Source of the DNA: an uncultured Chloroflexia bacterium
GTDB taxonomy: Bacteria > Chloroflexota > UBA6077 > JACCZL01
DNA length: 64,000 nt
Direction: 5' to 3'
Assembly (NCBI GenBank): GCA_963765765.1
Contig: CAVXYC010000019.1
Coordinates: forward strand, 160,001-224,000
The translations under genes were made by a program, and so were the position numbers. Each line of letters starts with the position of its first letter. Positions within the stretch are counted from its first letter, which is position 1. The notes under the pieces were generated by a model. It did no database searches. It was given only the letters and a program-made list of their open reading frames with translations, and was not told where the DNA came from. Below, piece after piece: positions 50,585-60,863 of the stretch.

Positions 50585-51923
50585 CTAATCCCGGCCGCGC
50601 TTGGCCTTTGACTCGGCTTCCGCCTTCCTTTCCTGACCGGGCGGCTCCTTCTCCTTTTCCGCCTTTTTCTCATCTTGCGCCTGGGCCGGCTTGGCTTGCG
50701 GCGGAGGCCCGGGGTTGGACAGGCCCGCCGGCGGGTCGTTCCTCGGTGGGACTGGGGGAGGCGCAACCGGAGCTGCCGGCTCGACGGCCGGCGCTGGCCG
50801 CGGCGTGGCAGTAGGCTCCGGCGCTGCCGAGGACACGGTTGGTTCAGACGGAGCCGTTGATTCAGTTGCTGCCTCATCCGGCGCCGCATCCGAAGCGCCT
50901 CGATTTGGCCATGCCCCCGCCGATACGAGGCCAATCAGCGCGGCGGTCAAGATCCCGGCGAGCGCTAATGCCAGAAGTGGTACAGGTGCTCGCCCACGTT
51001 TCGCGGGCGGAACCCGGCGCACCGTGGCAACATCTTCGCGCACCGGGTCTGACATAACGCTGCGTCAGTGCTTCGTTGCCGGCTGACGGAGCAATTGAGT
51101 TACGGAGCGCGTCGCGAAATGCGCCGGCGGTCTGGAAGCGATCTGAAGCATGCGTGGCCAGCGCCGTGAGCGTCACCGACTCGAGCGCGGCGGGAACATG
51201 CGGATTCAGCGAACGAGGCGACGGTGGGCTGGAGGTAAGCCGCTTGCGTAGCGATTCGTCCGGGTCGTCAGCCTTGAATGGTGTCTCGCCCGTGAGCAGC
51301 TCGAATAGCACCACGCCAAGGGCATACACGTCCGCTCGCCCATCGATGGGCTCTCCCCGAACCTGCTCCGGAGCGACGTATGGGATGGAGCCCAAAAACT
51401 CTGCCGCCCCGTTGCCCTGTGCCGCGGCCGAGAATCGCTGGGCGATTCCGAAATCAAGCAGCTTCGGAACGCCGTCGTCGGTCAGCATGACGTTTTGCGG
51501 TTTTACGTCGCAGTGAATCACGCCCGCACGATGAGCATGCTCTAGCGCGTCTGCAAGCTGCGCCACGATCTCCACAATGCCGTCTGTCGATCCCGTCCGT
51601 CCCGGCGATTGGCTCAGCAGCGCGCCGGAAACGAGCTCCATCACGACAAAATCGACGCCACCGTCCGTGCCCACGTCATAGACACGCACGATATTGGGAT
51701 GCACGAGCCGCGCGGCCATGCGCGCCTCGTCTATCGCGGCAGAGACCTCACTAAGCTGGCCGCTCTCGGCGTGCAGGAGCTTGATTGCAACATCGCGCTC
51801 GAGCTGTTCATCGCGCGCTCGCCAGACCTCGGCCATGCCACCCGAGCCAAGAAGGCCCAGGAGTTGGTATCGATCGGCGATAAGCCGGCCATTGACGAGG
51901 GGCGCGTTGGTAGTGCTGGCCAT
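50585..51923 (-). CDS. Hanks-type Ser/Thr protein kinase with TM helix and Pro/Ala-rich tail; frameshift near 51040
   Basis: LGSGGMAEVW, VAIK, HCDVKPQN, DFGIA, YVAPEQ, DVYALG; TM and tail in ORF 50585..51055. Confidence 0.92.
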
Positions 51924-52058
51924 GATTCTCCGATCGTTCATGGGGGCAAGATCGGGGCCGATCGCAGTCGAGCGTACCAAAACGCCATAAACGCAGGCTG
52001 CAATTCCTACCTCGGGATGACCGGGTCGTTGGGTGAGTAAACGAACTCAGTGAGCGGT

Positions 52059-52146
52059 TGTCAATCCTGGAGCGCAGCGAAGGATCTTACCCACCGGGGC
52101 CCTGGACCCCATCGGGTAAGATCCTTCGCTGCGCTCCAGGATGACA
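52059..52146. repeat. REP-like inverted repeat family A
   Basis: atcctggagcgcagcgaaggatcttaccc ... gggtaagatccttcgctgcgctccaggat. Confidence 0.9.
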
Positions 52147-52236
52147 GGGAGGCCGGCGTTGACGACAGGGAGACCAGCGTTGCGTTAATGATTCGTGGAA
52201 GGTCAAAAGTGCTGCACGGGGATTCCCGTCAACCGC

Positions 52237-53343
52237 CTACTTCACCAACCGATACACCCTGAAGAAATCATGCTCGATCGGCAAAATCTTCACATCGCTG
52301 AAGCCTGCCTCCTGGGCGTAGCGACGAAGCGTGTCTGGTCGCATGACTGTGCCGGTGCCGGCGGAGGGCGATTCGGAGAGCCCCGCGGGTAGGCAGCACA
52401 GCACGCTGTAGGCGTACATGAGTCGCTCGATCTCGTCGCCGGGTGCTGTGAAGGTCTCGGCCACACGCTCGTCCATGACCAGAACCGTCCCGCCCTCGGC
52501 GCTGAGCAGATGCATAGTGTGGAGCACCTCCACCGGCTGGGAGAGATCGTGAATCATCTCGAAGGCACACACCAGATCGTACCGGCCGGCCAGATCAGGA
52601 TCGGCGGCGTCATGGATGTGGAACTTCACACGGTCGCTGAGTCCCTGGGCCTCGGCGTTACTCCGCGCGAGCTCGACGGACGGCTCGTCCACGTCAAACC
52701 CATCCACCAGCACGTTTGGATACGCCTGTGCGATGCCAATACTCGCCCAGCCGCCGCCGCAGCCGATATCGGCTATGCGCGCTGGGGGATTCGACTGAAG
52801 TCGGGCATGTAGCTCCGGCAGCGAAGGCAGCCACTCCTTTCCTAGGAGGTTCAGGAAGACCGGCCGGTTCATATCCGATTGTGCCTCGCGGCCATCCTCG
52901 CCGTAAGCTGACCACGGCACGCCGCCGCCAGATCGATACGCTGCCAGGAGTATCGGTAGCACCGAAGCCATCGATCCGCCGAAGCGAGACAGCGGCATGA
53001 TGAAATTTAGGCTCTGTGTATCCAGTAATGCCTCGCGATGAGCCATCGGCAGGCGATATTGGCGCGAATCCGGCGCCGCGGCCACATCGTGCACGTCGAT
53101 GATCGCCGCGGCGGCTTGCTGCTCCAGCCACTCACGCGCGTACCGCGGTGCGACGCCGGCGCGTCCGCCAATCTCGGGAGGTGTGGACCACTCCTGCTCG
53201 GCCAGCGCGCGATAGAGTCCCAGACGATCGCCCAAGTAGATCGTCATCATCTCGAACATCCCAATGCCGGACTGGAAAAGCCGACCCACGAACGCGTCGC
53301 GCTGCTCTTCAATGCTCTGAGCTGGTGTCTCTTCTATAGCCAT
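52237..53343 (-). CDS. Class I SAM-dependent methyltransferase with N-terminal winged helix
   Basis: LGDRLGLYRAL, RYAREWL, IADIGCGGGW, FEMIHDLSQPV, GTGTVM. Confidence 0.92.
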   Translation of the reverse strand: MAIEETPAQSIEEQRDAFVGRLFQSGIGMFEMMTIYLGDRLGLYRALAEQEWSTPPEIGGRAGVAPRYAREWLEQQAAAAIIDVHDVAAAPDSRQYRLPMAHREALLDTQSLNFIMPLSRFGGSMASVLPILLAAYRSGGGVPWSAYGEDGREAQSDMNRPVFLNLLGKEWLPSLPELHARLQSNPPARIADIGCGGGWASIGIAQAYPNVLVDGFDVDEPSVELARSNAEAQGLSDRVKFHIHDAADPDLAGRYDLVCAFEMIHDLSQPVEVLHTMHLLSAEGGTVLVMDERVAETFTAPGDEIERLMYAYSVLCCLPAGLSESPSAGTGTVMRPDTLRRYAQEAGFSDVKILPIEHDFFRVYRLVK

Positions 53344-53553
53344 GGTTTGAGGCGCTCCTTCATGCTCTGACGGGCTGTCCAAAGAAGTCCCCCTACGATA
53401 TCGCACATCGCCGCTCGGAGAGCATTCGGAAGGTTGCGCCGTCCCCTGTTGGACTGTGGCGGTCCTTCGCCACTTTCAACAAGCGCGGAGCGCGTTCTGC
53501 TCGGTTCGCCTTGACCATGGACCCGCATTCCAAACGCAGCCACCAAAGTACCC

Positions 53554-53582
53554 TTGACGGACGACTCAACGCGCGCTACTAT
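53554..53582 (+). promoter_or_regulatory. sigma70-type promoter of arsR-SRPBCC operon
   Basis: TTGACG-17 bp-TACTAT followed by an AT-rich operator-like stretch. Confidence 0.65.
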
Positions 53583-53617
53583 ACCAACAAGTTAATTAAC
53601 CCAGTGGAATAATGCCG

Positions 53618-53955
53618 ATGGAACAAGACCACCTCAGCACTGTGTTCTCGGCCCTAGCCGACCCACGAGGAGAGCCATCATCGCCCGCCTGACCTCCGGT
53701 GAGGCCACGGTGAATGAGCTGGCTCAGCCTTTTGCCATGACCCTGCCGGCCGTCTCCAAGCACCTCAAGGTGCTTCAGCGCGCCGGTCTGATCGAGCAAG
53801 GACGCCAGGCCCAGTGGCGGCCCTGTCGATTGAAAGCCGCCCCGCTCAAGGACGCGGCCGAGTGGATAGGGAGCTATCGAGAGTTCTGGGAAGAGAGCTA
53901 CGACCGCCTGGACGAACTGCTCCAGGAGCTAAAAGGAAAGGAAATCGAACGATGA
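53618..53955 (+). CDS. ArsR/SmtB family regulator; frameshift near 53663
   Basis: LSTVFSALAD(P)TRRAIIARL..EATVNELAQPFAMTLPAVSKHLKVLQRAGLI..RQAQWRPCRL. Confidence 0.9.
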
Positions 53956-54439
53956 CTCAGAGTGACGCCAGCAAATTGACCATCGACCACGCTGTCTGAT
54001 CGCGAGATTCAGATGACGCGCACGTTCAATGCGCCCCGCGAGCTCGTGTTTCGAGCCATGACCGAACCCGATCTCATGGCCCGCTGGTGGGGATCCCGCC
54101 GATCCACCACGGTAATCGAGAAGCTCGAGCTACGACCTGGTGGCCCGTACCGATTCCTCAGTCGCGGCGAAGACGGGACCGAGTACGCATTCCGCGGCGA
54201 GTTCCGGGAGGTCGTCCCGCCCGAGCGCTTCGTCTGGACATTTGAGTTCGAGGGCATGCCCGGCCACGTCTGCCGTGGACACGCATGACACTGAAGGAGC
54301 ATGACGGCCAGACCACCATCACCACCACAAGCCCTTCGACAGCAAGGAAGATCGCGACGGCATGCTCAGCTCCGGCATGGAAGAAGGCGCCGCCGAGTCC
54401 TACGACAAGCTGGACGAGCTGCTGGCCGAGCTGGGCTGA
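53952..54439 (+). CDS. SRPBCC/AHSA1 domain protein; several frameshifts
   Basis: [37 protein letters not shown]; C-terminus [24 protein letters not shown]. Confidence 0.85.
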
Positions 54440-54485
54440 CGCTACAGAGCCCTAGCCACAATTGCTGAGTGCAGCTCTCGAAAGC

Positions 54486-54571
54486 TGTCATCCGGAGCGC
54501 AGCGAAGGATCTTCCCGCCGGTGTCATGGGATCCCGGTGGGGAAGATCCTTCGCTGCGCTCCAGGATGACA
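54486..54571. repeat. REP-like inverted repeat family A
   Basis: tgtcatccggagcgcagcgaaggatcttccc ... gggaagatccttcgctgcgctccaggatgaca. Confidence 0.9.
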
Positions 54572-54794
54572 ATCGCTGTCCTCGGGATGACAATGCCGTC
54601 TAAAACAGGCATGCCGCTAACGGGTATCGCCGATGGCATGTCCTGGCGTCCAACGCATGCGCATCTCAGGGTGGCCAGGATCTACATCGTAAGAGCTCAT
54701 TCGAGCTCGGCGGACGCCTGAAGCTGGGCACTCTCTCTAGGCCGCTGGCTACAATGCCGCCACCTCGTAGCGACACAAACCCGGGAGTGGACGC

Positions 54795-56210
54795 ATGTCA
54801 GACGCGGATCCCAAGGTCCCAGCCGTCGAGCTGGATGAGGAAGCCAGGCAGCTTCAGCTTGACCGGATTAAGGCTGAAGCGCGCAAGACGATCGCCGAGG
54901 CAAGCGATCACCACGGCAAGGCCATCACTCCCACTGTCGGCGACGATGCGCTCAGGAGCACCGTGGACTTAGGCGAAGGGACTGGCTCCACCCTCACCAC
55001 CATCGTTGCCTCCGAGCAGCTTTCCAGAGTGGCTCGCCGAATCGCCGAGGGCGTTGCGGCTGATGCTCGTGACGCACGCGTATTCATCATCGATGATCTG
55101 TCCATCGCGGATGACGATACCGTGTACCTCCTGGTCACCGATCGACCTCGAGTCTTTTCGGGAGGCCCTGGAGAAGGCCCGATCTCCGTTCGCAACACAT
55201 GAGGAGCGCCATGGATGCCTACGCACTTCCATGCCCCTGGCTGCGCTTCCTACCGTCATCCCCGGAAACCTCGTCATTGGTCTCCAGCATGGGCGGGTTC
55301 CTCAAGTCCGAAATATTCAGTGTCATCCACCAGGGTGGCAATAAGCCGCACCGCCTTGCTCGCCACGCTGTTGACGCAGCTTCGCAGGCAGGGAATCCAT
55401 GCGGAGCTTCCCGGACTGCGATTGATCAAAGCTTCCAAGCTCGTCGAATCTCTGCACACCCTGATTCGGATGCGATACGAGCTGGATAACTTGGTCGCGC
55501 GAGCGGAAGCCTATGAGCTCCAGCCGCGAGATCCAGGAGAGCGAGGCGCTCATCAAGTACATCGGCGACCTGCGCACCGCCCACGTCAAGCTGCTCTCTG
55601 AAGGCAAGCTCACCGAAGCCGAGAAGGTGAAAGAGATCATTGATAGGGAAGCAGTCGAGCTCGCGAATCTCACCGGGCAAGAGTCCTTCCAGAAGACTCG
55701 CGCGGCGGCGACCGCCAGGTCGCTCATCACCGCATTCGACGCCTTTCTCACCAGCATCAATACGGCGCCCCAGGGCGGTGGATTTACGCCCGCTCATGGG
55801 CGCCGTACTCGGAGAGCAGCTCCATCCCGGCGGTGACGAGACGTATCTGCTCTATGTGGAGGTGACAGCTGCGGGCGGTGAGGTGATCAATAAGCCCGGC
55901 CTCCGCGGGGAACGAGCCATTCACATCGTTCCTGGGCGCCGTGGAAGCGAGCTACATCCTGGCGTCACCCGACGGAACGATCAAATCGAGCGCACGAGTG
56001 ACCAGGTATGGCTCGGCCACATTCGACTTCAAGAAATGCGAGCTGGACCTGAAAGACCAGGCACGGCGGCCAACGTCGCCCGCAGGGCCCGCCACCCGCG
56101 TGATTCTCGCCTGTCGAAGGCGAAGACGGGACAGGCTGAGACGCCGTCCCACTGGAAGGCTCAGGACGACTCTTCCGCAAAATCAATCGGGGGCACCACC
56201 AATCCCGTAA
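54795..56210 (+). CDS. Hypothetical coiled-coil-rich protein, broken by multiple frameshifts
   Basis: Protein-like segments pass through ORFs 54795, 55006, 55215, 55513, 55640 and 55941; 3' end uncertain. Confidence 0.55.
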
Positions 56211-57036
56211 TCGCTCCGCCGCTGATTGTCATGCACGCCTGTACCTCGGGAATTGTCGCGAAGAAGCGCACTTGGACTTCGCTCGCGGACACGGTGCTGG
56301 CACTGTAGCCCGAGTTGGTTAGTTCCAGCACAATGTTGGCAATGCGCGTCACCGCGACATCGAGCTGATGCTCCACGGCTTCCTTGATCATTCGATCCAG
56401 CACCGCCGCGTGTAAGAGCACGTTGGCGCCGATATTCTGGGGTGGTCCTTGAAACTGCGCCAGCACAGGCAGCGCCGGCCGTCCGGGATCCAGGTTGCCA
56501 ACCAGACGCACGGCTCGTCGATAGGCGAAGGGCCTCCTCAGGAAGAAGAATACGCGTAGATTCCCGCGCACCGTGATGACGTAGTTACCGGCGTTGTCGC
56601 CAGACAGGTCCACGCGCGTGAACTCCAGCGGTGGGGCAGGTCCTGCAGGTGCTGCCCCACCAGCTCGGGCACGCCATCACTCCCGAGTCTGGTTCAGGCT
56701 GAAGCACGCGCCGCTGGCGAGCAATGACACTCGGCCCGTCGGCACAATCGGTGACGGCGGTGGAAACAGCTTCTCCCGCGGTCCCGATCGGAATACCGCG
56801 CCCGGCACGCTGGACTTCTGAATTCGAAATGCCCAGCGGAGCTGCGTTGGCAATGGCGGTACATCAAAGTGCGCCACGCCATTCACCACCGGAGCCCGCC
56901 CCAGGTCTTTGGCAATCCGCCCGTCCGTCTGGACCTGGAATAAATCGACGATCAAATCGTTCAACGGCACCGGCGGATCGCCCAGCGGCACGCTCGGATC
57001 CACCTGCTTCGCGGAAACCGGAATTTGGACGTTCAT
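56161..57036 (-). CDS. Hypothetical protein (probably one gene split near 56650-56680)
   Basis: ORFs 56677..57036 and 56161..56613 are adjacent, same strand and protein-like; no family recognised. Confidence 0.55.
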
Positions 57037-57216
57037 CGGACAGATCCAGTGGAGAGGATTAGCTGCCGATTGCTCGGGACAAGCGGTCTACGGTCAAGTG
57101 TAGTCCCGAGCCTCGCGGGACGCGCGACACCAGAATGGACCGCTGTCGCACACTTCTTTCATTGTATCCGTTGACCCTTCTCTCGACGGCAGCGCTGTCC
57201 GAGATGATCAATCTAA

Positions 57217-57324
57217 TCTCTGTCGTCTTGTCATCCTGAGCCGCGAAGGATCTTCCGGCCGGCTCCATCAGACGCCGGTGGGAAAGATCCTTCGCCGCGG
57301 TTCAGGATGACAAGACGACAGAGA
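57217..57324. repeat. REP-like inverted repeat family A with extended arms
   Basis: tctctgtcgtcttgtcatcctga ... tcaggatgacaagacgacagaga. Confidence 0.88.
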
Positions 57325-57499
57325 ATGTGACCGGAGCCACAGTCTCTAAAGCCCTGCCCCTTAGAACGACAGCCCCGGTGATCGGGAGCCCCCGCCGCGG
57401 CATAAACACCCCAGCGCGAAAAAATTCCCCGGTCTCCACAGGCCGACTGTTATGCTCAACTCTAATCGCGATCCCTCAACAGAAGGCAGCAACAGATAT

Positions 57500-57916
57500 A
57501 TGGCCGCACAAGCCGCCTACCACATCCAGCCCAACGCTCCCAACCTGCTCATCCGGACTCTCTGGTTCGTCTTAATCGGCTGGTGGCTCGGCGGAGTTCT
57601 CACCGCCATCGCCTGGTTTCTCTTCGTCACCATTATCGGTCTGCCGCTGGGCCTGTACATCGTCAATCGATTGCCCACCGCCATGACCCTCCGCCCTCAA
57701 GAACAGCAGTTCCGAGTGGAGAATGGCATCGCGGTCCAGGGCCAGGAGCAGTTGCCGTTTCTGTTGCGTGCCCTCTACTTCTTCCTGATCGGCTGGTGGC
57801 TCACGGGCGTATGGATGGCCGCCGCCTATGCCTGCCTGACCACCATCATCCTTCTCCCGGTCAGCTTCTGGATGTACAACCGCATCGGCGCGGTGACGAC
57901 GCTGTACCGGTCATAG
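57500..57916 (+). CDS. yccF: YccF domain inner membrane protein (copy 1)
   Basis: Two internal repeats IRTLWFVLIGWWL..TIIGLPLG and LRALYFFLIGWWL..TIILLP. Confidence 0.85.
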   Translation: MAAQAAYHIQPNAPNLLIRTLWFVLIGWWLGGVLTAIAWFLFVTIIGLPLGLYIVNRLPTAMTLRPQEQQFRVENGIAVQGQEQLPFLLRALYFFLIGWWLTGVWMAAAYACLTTIILLPVSFWMYNRIGAVTTLYRS

Positions 57917-58016
57917 CCCGAACGGGGTCCAGAGTGATCCCGGTCAGGCCCGGGACTGGACAGGCAGAGATGCCTCTCCCACCGGATCCGGATGACAAGC
58001 TACGAGCATCGCGGCG

Positions 58017-58445
58017 CTATTCAGACGGAAAGCGTCGCCTAAATTCCTGCGCCAGCGTTTCGCCGGCTGCCTCTACGAGCTTGCCTACTATTGGGTTGAC
58101 GATCACTCCCGTTACGGCTCCCGCGAGCGCGGGGACATTCTTGGCAAACCAGTTCCGCACGTACTCCATTGTGGTGAGGTCGGGCTTCTCCTCCGCCACG
58201 GCCTGCTGTAGCTCGTTCACTCGCTCCAGCGCCGCCCCCTGGAGCTCCGGTGGAGCCTCGACAGCGATCCGAGCACGGACGCCCTCGATGGCGCCGAGCA
58301 GCTCGTTCAACTCACTCTCGGTGACGCCGCTTGACGTCACCGTGGTCTGACTTTGACTGATGCCCTTGCCGATCGCTACCTGGCCACTGATGTCTCCGGT
58401 CACGGTTCCGTGGATGACATCGCCTTCTCGAGATTGTTCGCTCAT
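58017..58445 (-). CDS. Small protein with N-terminal amyloid-like motif and C-terminal helical domain; putative effector partner of the upstream NLR
   Basis: 142 aa, RBS AGGAGG, starts 16 bp after the NLR stop; motif GDISGQVAIGKGISQSQT shared with NLR N-terminus. Confidence 0.8.
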   Translation of the reverse strand: MSEQSREGDVIHGTVTGDISGQVAIGKGISQSQTTVTSSGVTESELNELLGAIEGVRARIAVEAPPELQGAALERVNELQQAVAEEKPDLTTMEYVRNWFAKNVPALAGAVTGVIVNPIVGKLVEAAGETLAQEFRRRFPSE

Positions 58446-58461
58446 GAGTCCTCCTGATGGG

Positions 58462-60863
58462 CTAGTTGATGATGACTCGACCGGGGGTTGGAGTGCGTGT
58501 CGGCGTCGGCTGAAGTACGCGTGTTGGTGTCGGCGTCGTCTGAGGTACGCGTGTTGGTGTTGGCGTCATCGTCCGCGTTGGTGTCGCCGTCGCCGCGGCG
58601 GGAAGCTCCACCTGGAGCGCCGCCGAGGTGTTGTTGGACTCGTCTCCTTCCTGCACGCGGCAGGTCGGCGGCTGAAACTCCTCGCCGGCACAGCTATCCG
58701 CGGTGATCTGGAGCGCAACCGATTGACCCGCCAGCGAGAGCGGCAGTACGATGGTGCCGGCAAACGAGACGGCGCTGCCGGCTGCCAGGGGGCCATCGGT
58801 GAACGGGTAGCTGGGGGAGCGCTGTCCGGGAACCACAAACGGCGCCTCGAAGGTATCGCGGCCGACGCTTCCGATCCGCCCGGTGAAGCTGGCTGAGAGC
58901 TTGAAGATTGGAGCGGGCTGTCCCCCCTGATTTCGAACATCGACACGAACCGGCACGAGGAGACGTTCATCCTGCTGCGTAAATCCGGGCGCCGCGCCAG
59001 ATGTAGGCCTGCCCGTGAGCTCGAATCGCTGGGCGATCACGTCAGGCGCCGCAACGCTGCTCGGCGAGACCGTCGGGCCCGCTCCGTCCCGCGTCGGTGA
59101 GGCCGTGGGCGTGCGTGGGGCTACGGCCGTAGTAGGTGTAGGGGTGGTGAGGCCGACCACAACGGCTACGGGCGTGCTGGAGGCGACGAGCGCCACGGCG
59201 CTGGGCGTTGTGGGCGGGGTTGGAGTGGGCACTATCGGATCAACGGGCGCGTCCGAAACGCCAGAGCGCCAGCGCCCCCACTCCGACGATGGCGGCCAGC
59301 CCGAGCAGCAGTTTGCTGGTGGTCCAATGCGCTTGCTGGCCGTTGGTCGGCGCCTGCGCTGGCGGGACGTCCAGTGCCAGCGTAAGGTTGTGGCGCGTGG
59401 CGGCCGCGCCGGCATCGTCACCCAGAGCCTCGCGCAGTCGAAGCGCGCTATCGAGGCTTGACTGCGCGGTGCCAACATCGTTCAGACAGAGCGCACGGGT
59501 GCCAAGCTGGTGCAGCGCCCAGGCTTCGGCCGCCTGATCGCCCACGGCGCGCGCCGACTCAAGCTGCCACCCCAGCACGCGGCTCCAGGCCCCCCAGGAG
59601 CCGGACAGCGCAAATGCTGCCTCGGCGTGGCGCGCAAGATCGAGCGTTTCGCTCGGCATATTCGCACCGGCGCCCCATTCCAGCATGCGCAGGATCGCAT
59701 CGCCGTTCGCCTGGATGTCAGATGGGGTGCGCGTCTCGTCTCTGGCCCAGCCGGTGATCTGGCTGAGTGTCTCCTGGGGCTGCGTGCTCGACGCAAGCAC
59801 GGCCGTCTCATACTCGGAGAAGCTGCCGGCCTGGCGATAGCCTCCCGCGTCCGCCTCCACCAGCCCGCGAGCGACAAGGGAGTCCAGCGCGGCCTGGGGT
59901 TCCAGGCCGGTCAACGGGCCCAGCATGTCTGCCGTGAGACGTATCCCCGCGGGAGCGGACAGCGCGCTCAGGACGCGGCGCTCGTCGGGCGGCAGCGCGG
60001 CCATTGCCAGCCCCGCCGGTGTCGTCGCGGAGCCGGCCGCCTGCATGCGCTGGAGCATCGCGGCCGCGGTGGTTTGCTCATCGCGCATCATCGCGGCCGC
60101 CTGCAGGATGCGCAGCGGGTGGCCGTCAAGCGCCAGGCACAGATCCCGCGCTGACGGGAGCTCATCGTCGCGCAGCTCGCGTCCCAGGCCGCGCTCCAGC
60201 AAGCGTAGTGCCGCGTCGATCGGCAGCCCATGAATGGGAATGGAACGACCTTCCCCCAGGAGCCTCGGGGCGGTGCCGGACAGGACTATCGAGCACGCTG
60301 GCGCCGCGTCCAGGAGCGCGTTCACGTCATCGTGCTCCAGCTCGCAATCGTCGATGACTAGTAGGAAGCGCTTTTCCTGGAGGGCCGAGCCGGAGCTCCG
60401 CAGCGCTCGGCTTGTACGGATTCGGAGACTCGTAGAACCCGTCGAACACCGTCTGGAGAAGATCGTCCACCGATCGCCCGGCCACCAGCGCCTGGCCCAG
60501 GCAGATGACGCCGTCCGAGTACGCGGGCAGCCCGGTCGCGTTTGCCAGGTGGCGCAGCAGGGCGCTCTTCCCGATCCCGGCCTCGCCAGTGAGCTCCACG
60601 GGCGCCAGCTCGCCCAGGCCCTCCAGAGCGCCCGCGAGCTCCGCCTCTCGATCCAGCAGGTCGCGGAACGGTCGGAACCGGAACGGCACCGGCGTGACGC
60701 GTGGCTTGGGTCGAGGCGCCTCAGCCGCCGGCCCCAGGTTCACCACGCCACCATGATTGGTGAGCTGCAGCGTCTGGACCTGGAAGATGTCTTTCCCGAC
60801 CGCGATCTGCCCGCTAACATCGCCGCGGATAACGGCATCGATCGTGTCAGATGTTCCTGACAT
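58462..60863 (-). CDS. Membrane-anchored NLR/STAND ATPase: amyloid-like motif, NB-ARC-like ATPase, TPR, TM, Pro/Thr stalk, CARDB (Ig-like) domain; frameshifts near 60389 and 59257
   Basis: LLDREAEL, Walker A GEAGIGKS, Walker B RFLLVIDDCE, DGHPLRI, TPR EAWALHQLGTRAL..ALRLREALGD..TRHNL, TM LLLGLAAIVGVGALALW, CARDB PDVI..VRNQG..ADS..VQEGDESNN. 2402 nt minus two inserted bases gives 799 aa. Confidence 0.8.

Noticed and set aside
50585-51923. Ser/Thr kinase as a component of the NLR module
   Set aside because: It lies about 6 kb away, separated by unrelated genes and repeats, and lacks the shared motif.
58480-58600. About 30-bp direct repeats (gtacgcgtgttggtgt...) that could look like a mini CRISPR array
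   Set aside because: Contiguous with no unique spacers; they encode the TPTPTRV tail of the NLR on the minus strand.
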